This document shows positions 52,401-60,290 of a stretch of DNA of 60,290 nucleotides, piece after piece. The position numbers and the translations under genes are program-made. Below the pieces are notes generated by a model. The model ran no database searches and had not been told where the DNA came from. It saw nothing but the letters and a program-made list of their open reading frames with translations. This DNA comes from Octopus bimaculoides (Eukaryota): contig NC_068981.1 of the NCBI RefSeq assembly GCF_001194135.2, positions 108,786,198 to 108,846,487 of the forward strand. The letters run 5' to 3'. Each line of letters begins with the position of its first letter. The stretch's first letter is position 1.

Positions 52401-52545
52401 TCTACAAGAACTTAGTTTTTTTCAAATGAAAACTCCAACAGTTACTAAATTCAACAATTTAACAGGAAACAGCAGTTATTATCAATAATAACACTAAGAA
52501 ACAGCAATTTTCACCACGAACACATGTGCGACGCGTAACAAACAA
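49470..52545 (-). mobile_element. Tx1/L1-clade LINE: 5' UTR, ORF1 (gag-like with zinc knuckle), APE and RT, truncated at the 3' end
   Basis: ORF1 has RGRKFGTAEVRF and CGQLGHIRRNC. APE has DPEGRLVVL, GDFNTICD, YLDRIL, DHKMV and GYWKLN. RT has SPGIDGLPYE, NFRPITLLN and LDQSKAFDKVDH. Confidence 0.93.
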
Positions 52546-53452
52546 AAGTGACAGACGAAATAACGTTAAGCATTTCGCCCTGTGTGCTAACGATTCTGCC
52601 AGCTCAGCGCCTTACGCCTACACTTATATATAACTAAATATACATTTAATTGCATACATACATACATACATACANNNNNNNNNNNNNNNNNNNNNNNNNN
52701 NNNNNNNNNNNNNNNNNNNNNNNNNNNNNNNNNNNNNNNNNNNNNNNNNNNNNNNNNNNNNNNNNNNNNNNNNNNNNNNNNNNNNNNNNNNNNNNNNNNN
52801 NNNNNNNNNNNNNNNNNNNNNNNNNNNNNNNNNNNNNNNNNNNNNNNNNNNNNNNNNNNNNNNNNNNNNNNNNNNNNNNNNNNNNNNNNNNNNNNNNNNN
52901 NNNNNNNNNNNNNNNNNNNNNNNNNNNNNNNNNNNNNNNNNNNNNNNNNNNNNNNNNNNNNNNNNNNNNNNNNNNNNNNNNNNNNNNNNNNNNATATATA
53001 TATATATATATATATATAGGATATACATATAAATATAAACACACACACATACATACATGCATACACACATACATACATACATACATACATACATACATAC
53101 ATACATACATGCATGCATACTTATATGTTTAGGGAAAACCCACTCAACAAAAAATAAGTCGAGTTAGTCGCTGTGCAAACTATGCAAATTAGTATCAACT
53201 CCTGCTTCTCTCACTCTCTCTCTTTCTCTTTCTTTCTTTCTCTGTTTCTATCTCTCCATCTCTCTGTCTCTTTCTCTTTTTATATCTCTTCCTTTCTCTG
53301 TCTTTTTCTCTATCTTCTTTCTCTGTCTTTACTTTCAAAATCCTCCCATTCCAAAACTTCCACACACACCCTTTACACGCACACGCACAAACACTCTCTC
53401 TGTCTGTTTGTCTGTCTGTCTGTCTTTCTCTCTCTCCCTCTCTCTGTCTCTG

Positions 53453-53484
<32 letters not shown>

Positions 53485-53979
53485 GCTCTCATTGTTCCCC
53501 TCACCCTTTTTCTACCTCTGCTTTTATTTTCCCTCGCACAACTTGCCGTCATCTTTATTTCGTATTGAAAATCTTTCTTTACTTACTGCCACGCTTAATG
53601 ATGCAGGAAGATACCCTGAAATAGAAACTTGCTGATTTCATCTCGGCATACAAAAACTAGCTGCAATTTAGTTGTAAGTTGACACACAGATACACAAGTG
53701 AAAAAAAGTAAGAGAAATACTTGAGTACTGGCACTTAATTAGACCTACTGTAGAAACAGCTTTGAAAGTGGTCGGATACTATTTCATAAATCTGTGGCTT
53801 AATTCGTAAATCTGAAGTCAAGCTTCCCGCGAGTAGAGACAGTAAATTTGTTTTCAATACCTGTTTTGACTTCTGCCACTAATACTCTCAGTACCGTTTA
53901 AATTGATAGTCTCCTGCAAAATCAGAAATTAAGGTCTTATTTAAACAGTTCTGAAACATTCATCAGTTCCGATTCCCAT

Positions 53980-54139
53980 ACATATATGGGTTAAGAAGCT
54001 TGCTGTCCAAACACATCGCTCCGGGTTCAGTCCTACTGCGTCGCATCTTGGGCAGTTGTCTTCTGTTTTCTGTTATAGCCTCGGGCTGACCAAAACCTTG
54101 TGAGTGGATTTGGTATACGGAAACTGAAAGAAACTCGTC

Positions 54140-54145
<6 letters not shown>
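53980..54145 (+). mobile_element. SINE family 1 head followed by (TA)n at 54143-54217
   Basis: Homologous to 9107-9272. Confidence 0.8.
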
Positions 54146-54219
<74 letters not shown>

Positions 54220-54252
54220 AAATACACACACACACACACATACACACAAGGA

Positions 54253-54548
54253 TGCATGGCCTCGTGGTTAGACTGTAGCACTCATTATTGTTAGATCGTT
54301 ATTTCAGTTCTTAAACCTAGTGATGCGTTGTGTTATTGAGTAAAACACTTTCTCTCACGTTGCTCTGCGATCACTTCGACACCTGACGTGTGGTAGACAG
54401 TGCACCTGTTCAGACAATGTTGATTTGATGGAGAGAGTGAGCTAACGTGCAGAACGAACATTTGAACACTATAAACAAATAATTTGTACAAGTCCTACGG
54501 CAAGAGGTGAACGCTCATGCGTTGTCTTCGACGGGAGAGTCCATCATA
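54253..54548 (+). mobile_element. tRNA-derived SINE (family 4), diverged
   Basis: A-box-like tggcctcgtggttag, decayed B box cagttcttaaacc, ending in a (TA) tail. Confidence 0.5.
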
Positions 54549-54966
54549 TATATATATATATACTTATCATAGGTGGACCCAGGCAGTGGCGGGGCTAAGG
54601 GGCACGTGCTCCGCTCAAGAAAAGAAGTGCGTCCTTCTAAATGATATTTTTACGCATTTTTCTCCTGGAATTGTATTCCCTTGTACCCTCCCTTCCAAAA
54701 ATTTCCGGGACATATGCATATATGTATGTATAAGTGTGGGATGGGGGTTGTCCCTCATCACCACTTGACAACCGGTGTTGGTGTGTCTAAGTCCTGAGGC
54801 CGATTTGTTCGACTAAAACCCTTCAAGGCCCCAGCATGGCCTCATCAAATGACTGAAACAAGTGAAAGATAAAAGATACATAATGCTTACATTACATATG
54901 TGTGAATTTGTGTGTGTATGTGTGTGTATGTGTGTGTATGTGTGTGTATGTGTGTGTGCCTGCGTG

Positions 54967-54999
<33 letters not shown>

Positions 55000-55489
55000 G
55001 TATATGTATATGTATATAGATAGAGAGATTTATAAATATAAATAAATACATGCATACAGAGAGGGAGACCACTTCCCTTTTAATATGATGTATTGATGAT
55101 ACGACAATGTTTGATTGTAATCATTTTTATTTATGATTTTTCGAATTCCCTGTTTCGAATAGTGTTTAGCTTAGAATATTAAGACGATTCAATGAGGATA
55201 GTGATGAGGAGAATGACGAGGTGTTAAAGCCACTATTACTTTGTAGTCGGCGCCAAGGGGACATTTAACTGATAAAATCATCTTCACAGATTTGAAATCG
55301 TTTAACTTGAAGCTACTTTCATAGCTTATTCCACGTGCGCTGTGACGGTGTTGGTTTTGGTTTGTACTTTTTGTTATAAATAAAGCTTCCATAACTGATA
55401 TTTTAATTTCTGTTGGTGGAATTAATTTTAGCTGCAAACAAATTTTATTAACATCAATGTGTTGGTATTGAATTAGCATTTATCATAAT

Positions 55490-56620
55490 CAAATGTGGAA
55501 AATAGCATTCATCATGTGGTGTTGTTTTCATGGATGCATTTCTGAAGGCGTTCTTAGATATTGGCCTCCACTCTCTCCAGCATTGCTCTGTCGATTTCGG
55601 CGACTTCCACGTAAATAGCTTCCTTCAAATCGTCCAATCTACCGGGCTTATGCGCATACATACGTACCTTGAGGTTTCCCCACAAGAAATAATCACACAT
55701 GGACAAATCAGAGGACCGAGTGGGGCAAGGAATGTCAGTAAACCTGGAAATGAGGCGGTCACCGAAGAGAGGGCGAAGAGCGTCCATTGATGCTCTGGAT
55801 GTATGGGTCGTCTCCCTATCCTGCTGAAACTACACACGTCGAATAGGCATACGTTTTCGCCGTAATTCAGGCACAAAGAAGTTGTTTATCATCCTCGATG
55901 TAACGCATGGAGTTCAAAGTAACAGCATTTCCATTATTGTCTTCAAAAAAGTAAGGACCAATGACAGTAGCTTTTCCAGCAGCACATCAGACCGTCTCTT
56001 TTGGGCTGTACATTGGTCTTTCGGGCAGTTCTCTAGGATTTTCAAGAGCCCAATAACAACAGTTCTGTTGATTCACCATGCCATCGAAATGAAAATGAGC
56101 TTCATCACTCATTAACAAAATGAGGTTGTCATTTACCTCAAAGATTGCTTCCATCTGACGTACGAAGTCAAGCCGCTGTGCAGAGTCCCATGGTTTCGAC
56201 TGTTGTCCAATGACCAATTTGTACAGGTGGAAATGCAGGTCATCATGCAAAATACGCCTTACGGATCGATTACCGTTGCCAAGTTCAGCAGAATGTCTCC
56301 GAGCAGAGCATTCGGACTCCGTATAAAAGCTTGTCTGACGCATTCCAGATTTTCTGAGGTCCGTACCGTTCGTGGCGCCCCCACCAATCTCCAATTCATT
56401 AGTGTACCTCGTTATGAAGTGCATTCATCTAACGTAAAATTGTGTTACGGATGGGAATACCCTGATTTCGGTGAATGTTTAAGTGGCGCCAAAGCTCTCG
56501 TTGAACTGCTGTGACAGACTTGCTATTCTTCACGTAACTGTCGAAGGCAAAAACGCGATGCTCTATCGTCCACACCTCCATGGCTTCACTTGAAAAGAAA
56601 AAAGGATACTAAGACACCAC
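55490..56620 (-). mobile_element. DD37D/maT-type Tc1-mariner transposase remnant
   Basis: SARRHS.ELG, LHFHLYK, MSDEAHFHFDGMVNQQNC.YW.LENP, PTRSSDLSMCDYFLWG.LK. Confidence 0.9.
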
Positions 56621-56875
56621 AGACCAAATGGTACCTATCGGACATACGTACCCTCCTCCTGGGGCTGAGTAACAGCCATTTCAAAAACGTCTATCCTCTC
56701 TGCTCCACCTTGTATGTATTAGTGTTTCTATTTATTTTTCTTTAGTGTTATGTATTGTAATGATGTGGTGAACCGGTAAGCGCCGTAACCTCGAACAGAG
56801 CTATAGCTTCAATATATGGAACAGACGCACGCACGCACACACACACACACACNNNNNNNNNNNNNNNNNNNNNNN

Positions 56876-58083
56876 AGGGCGGACTGAAAAGTTTATAGGC
56901 TGAATTTGAAAGAGATATGCTAAAGCTGAGAAATTATGCCTGCATTAATTTCAACTAACTGCATTGTTTTTTTGTTTTTTGTTTTTTGTTGTTTTTTTTT
57001 GCAGGTAAACTGACATCTGATTGTTTAAAGAAGACTTCAAAAGTAACTAGTAGTGGCAAAATTTGGCATCGTGGTGTTATGAAATACCTACAGAAAAAGG
57101 GTTTAGCCCTCAAGGACATTCATGCTGACATGGTTGCTCCATTAGGGGATGACGCTCCAACTCCATCAAAAGTACAAAATGGGCTGCTGAATTCAGACGA
57201 GGAAGGGAGAATCGTAAAGATGACCCAAAATCCGGACGTCCCGCAACTACTACCACCGATGGAAGACATTAATATATCCTGTGAGAGAATTTAGAATGTT
57301 CTGCACAATGAACTTGACATGAAGTTTTCTGCTCGGTGACTGCCACGTCTTCTGACACCTAATCAAAAGTACTCCAGGCTGGTCATATCATGGGAAAATC
57401 TGACATTGTTTGGGGCAGACCCGGCATGTTGCCTTGAACGTTTCCAAACACAGGATGAGTGTTGGCCTTACCACTTTGAACTAGATACAACAAGATAATC
57501 CATGCACCCCTCCTCACTTGCTCCAAACAAGATCAAGGTTGCTTCATTTACACGGTGTGTGATGGCCTCAGTTTTTTGAGGTGCAAAAAGCATTATATTT
57601 ATTGTCTATCTTCAAAAGGGCCACACCCTCAATGGAGGGTGTTATGTCAACTTGCTGAGGAAGTTACAAAAGGCTATCAAGACGAAACGCCCAGGAAAAC
57701 TGACGAAAGGGGTTTTGTTTCATAGGGTCATAACTTCAGCACACAAGTCATTGGTTTCAATGACTGCTGTGCGCGACTGTGGCTTTGAACTTATTGATCA
57801 CCGTCCATATTCTCTTGATTTGGCCCCATCTGACCATCATGTGTTGATCAATATGAATAAACACTTGGCTGGGAACGAGTATCGCAGTGATGATGATGTC
57901 ATGTCTGCTGTTGAATTTTTGAATAACAGGACGAAAGTTTCTTCACTAATGGAATCGAAGAACTGCAACACCGATGGAAGAAGTAGGTGGACCACAAGGG
58001 GGACTATGTTGAAAAATAAACATCATTTGTTCCCATTCCATGAGAGTATCTTAGTCAGCCTATGAACTTTTAGCTGACCCTCA
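56876..58083 (+). mobile_element. mariner (Hsmar2/irritans-like), near full length, decayed, both TIRs present
   Basis: 5' agggcggactgaaaagtttataggct matches the reverse complement of agcctatgaacttttagctgaccctca, which is followed by TA. Frames: SGRP, SARW.PRLL, QDECW, HRPYSLDLAPSD. Confidence 0.92.
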
Positions 58084-58240
58084 TATATATGCATACGTAC
58101 ATACTTAATTATGTATGTTTGTATGTATGTATGGATGGATGGATGGATGGATGGATGGATGGATGGATGGATGGATGCATTCATGCATGCATGCATGGGT
58201 GCATGCATGCATGCATGTATGTATGTATTTATGTATGTAT

Positions 58241-58465
58241 CTCTTCTGTTTTTAATCATTGAAATTCTTCCTCTGAAGAAAGAGCTGGTTTCTACAAGGA
58301 TACAAAGCTCCTTCATTGGAATGTAGATAACAAAAACAGTGTCACAGTTTAAACCTGAGGAAAATCTTGCATAGTTTTACTGATCCATTTACAGATTGTA
58401 TTTGTAATGTGAGAGTGCGATGATTTCTTTTCCTGAAAATCCAAGCTTATTCAGACTGACAGTTA
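58241..58465 (-). mobile_element. Short 3' fragment of a LINE related to 7231-9043
   Basis: gaaagagctggtttcta..aagctccttcattggaat matches 7270-7315. It is flanked on both sides by TATG-type repeats. Confidence 0.55.
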
Positions 58466-58799
58466 GCATGTATGTATATATGTATGTATGTATATATGTA
58501 TGTATGATGGAATCTCACGTTTATTTATATGAATGTCCAGTTGTTTGATTAGGACCACCTATTCACTGAATTAGTGTACGAAATGTATGAGTATTCCAGT
58601 GACACATATACCATTAACGTAATTTTCAATGCAATATGACAGGGTTGATCCTTTGAATTATACATACCGTCGTTTGTATTTTCGTTTTTTCTCAAACAGA
58701 TGTTTTTTTTTTCTGTGCTTTTTTTTTACATTTACATATATGAATTTAATTGTGTTTTCTGGATTAATTCAAAATTTAACTTGATAAAACGCACCAATG

Positions 58800-59205
58800 A
58801 AAACCACTGGAAAAATACTGATGAATTTGTATGCAAAAAAGTTATCGGCTTGTGTCAATGTGGTAACTCGAACGGAGAAATGCTTCAATTTTTCTGTTTT
58901 AATCACCAAACATAATCAAGATATGTATTGAAGAAAGGAATTACCGAGTGCGAAAGAGATCTGGAATTCAGCAGAAAGTTTCTGAGAGAACTCAGAAGGT
59001 TGCTAAAAAACGTTGTAAAGCATCTACATCAACTATTGTAACTAGTATTAAGAGGTTGCTGATTCGATAGATATATCACTTTACTGCAGGCAAACAGTAT
59101 GGAATGATCTTGGTTATGAATGAATAATTGCAAGAAAGAAGCCAGCGATTACGACTAATGTAACCAAAAGGTTCAACTTGGCTAAAGAATTCTGCAAATG
59201 AAAGT
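58800..59205 (+). mobile_element. Tc1-like transposase N-terminal remnant
   Basis: KKVIGLCQCG.S..E (HTH) and LGY..IARKKP.I...KRF.LAK. Confidence 0.65.
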
Positions 59206-59254
59206 AAATCTGAGGAAATTCAATTTAAAGCAGGTGTGATGCAACAAAACTAAA

Positions 59255-59663
59255 ACAAGAGAGCCGAGTTGTTTTCAAGGAACCGTTACACATTGAGAAG
59301 TTTGAGTATAGTATGAAGTCAGTTTCTATTACCCGTCTTTTCCTTTGGGGAAGAAGAACGGTCAGCAAGTGCTCAAATCGGGGAAGAAGTGTGGTTGAAA
59401 TCCCCGACGCGCGGTGTATAACACAGTGGGGGAAAGGAAGAGTGACAGCAGTGAACTCTCGTAACAACGTATCCGTGGAAGGAATGCCGCATCACGTCCT
59501 AGACGTAAGGAGGGTCGTGAGCTCCTCCAGTCACGAAGAATAAAGAGAGAGAGAGGCTGGCACCGCATACTTCCGACGATCCCGAAGAGAGAGTCATCCA
59601 CCTAAGGGGCTGGAAGACTATGAAAGGGATGTAAGTGATAGTGATTGTTAGATCAGAGGGGTG
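59255..59663 (+). mobile_element. Ty3/gypsy internal 3' end: integrase C-terminus and polypurine tract
   Basis: PDARCITQWGKGRVTAVNSRNNVSVEGMPHHVLDVRRV, then RSRRESHPPKGLEDYE*, then PPT agagggg at 59655-59661. Confidence 0.75.
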
Positions 59664-59934
59664 TGTGGTATTGAGCTGAAGCTGTGGTGAAGACGGACGT
59701 GGGCAAGTGAGTAGACACTGTCGGGAGTCCCCGAGGACGGAAGTACTCAAGAGAGCATGCGCAGCGAGAACAGGAAGAGGTCAGAGGGCAACCAGAAAGC
59801 GTGAAGGCAAGACGTGTGTGTACGAGCAACAGAAGAGAACGTCTACGTGGGTAGTGAGAGAACGCTCCCTCCAGATCGACAGGTAAGAAAGCCTCAATTC
59901 TCCTTTTTCTTCTTAATTTCCCCCTCATACCACA
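59664..59934 (+). mobile_element. LTR (271 bp)
   Basis: Starts TGTGGTAT and ends ATACCACA (8 bp perfect terminal inverted repeat). It lies 2 nt after the PPT. Confidence 0.75.
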
Positions 59935-60139
59935 TGGTCACATGCTTCCGGTCACTAATCCTTTTCTTCCTTGGCTATCGCCGAGCAAACACGCGAACTT
60001 ACTTCGTCCCGACTTTCAGTTCGTGCCTCACAGCGTTCATATACACATAATTTTTCACGTCTGGCCGCATAGCCTTTTCCGTTTATTTTCCTGTCTTGTT
60101 TTTTGTCCGCCACTACATTCCTCCATGGCGCAGGTATAA
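59931..60139 (+). promoter_or_regulatory. Candidate housekeeping-type promoter and first exon
   Basis: Two CACATG E-boxes at 59931 and 59939, an ETS-type GCTTCCGG at 59944, visibly more CpG than the rest of the window, and ccATGGCGCAG|GTATAA at 60125-60139. Motif-level evidence only. Confidence 0.3.
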
Positions 60140-60290
60140 TTTGTGTATACACATTTAATTTGCGGTCCATGGGAAGAGCCGTTTTAACGATGCGTCCTGC
60201 CCAACTCTTCGAAACGCCGGTGTTAAAATGGGGGTAGCTGATGAAAGAAAATGTTCTCTATGTGGCTTGTGTGTTTTCTGTACTCTGGTT

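Noticed and set aside
54584-54710. CAGTGGCGGGGCTAAGGGG, resembling a hAT/MITE terminus
   Set aside because: No matching second terminus or target-site duplication was found.

Overview
This is AT-rich, microsatellite-dense eukaryotic DNA with many N gaps. The SINE and LINE content suggests a coleoid cephalopod such as Octopus, but that is inference from recognised repeat families and was not tested by a search. I can support no intact host gene, rRNA, functional tRNA or CRISPR array. Almost every ORF in the track is a microsatellite translation, a gap-spanning artefact or a decayed transposon fragment. The window is mostly degraded mobile DNA: at least three lineages of Penelope-like elements (PLEs), two lineages of R4/Dong-type restriction-like-endonuclease LINEs, three Tx1/L1-clade LINEs, RTE and CR1-like remnants, about 16 tRNA-derived SINE pieces, four mariner/DD37D copies, two Tc1 remnants and the 3' end of a Ty3/gypsy element with its LTR. 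The most interesting signal is the 3' terminal repeat of one Penelope family, present at three loci (about 1 kb, 23 kb and 28 kb). It reads: tRNA-like A/B-box cassette, (AAT)n, then a minimal type-I hammerhead ribozyme. The ribozyme core is intact at 28293-28338 and 22796-22840, and the 23 kb locus is a fold-back palindrome centred in the tRNA-like part. Other points: an R4/Dong lineage apparently tied to (CATA)n with a conserved 3' stem-loop, two unexplained long hairpins, a ~420 bp duplication carrying an AATAAA-loop hairpin, and an LTR abutting a promoter-like sequence at the right edge. Boundaries of decayed elements are approximate (tens of bp).
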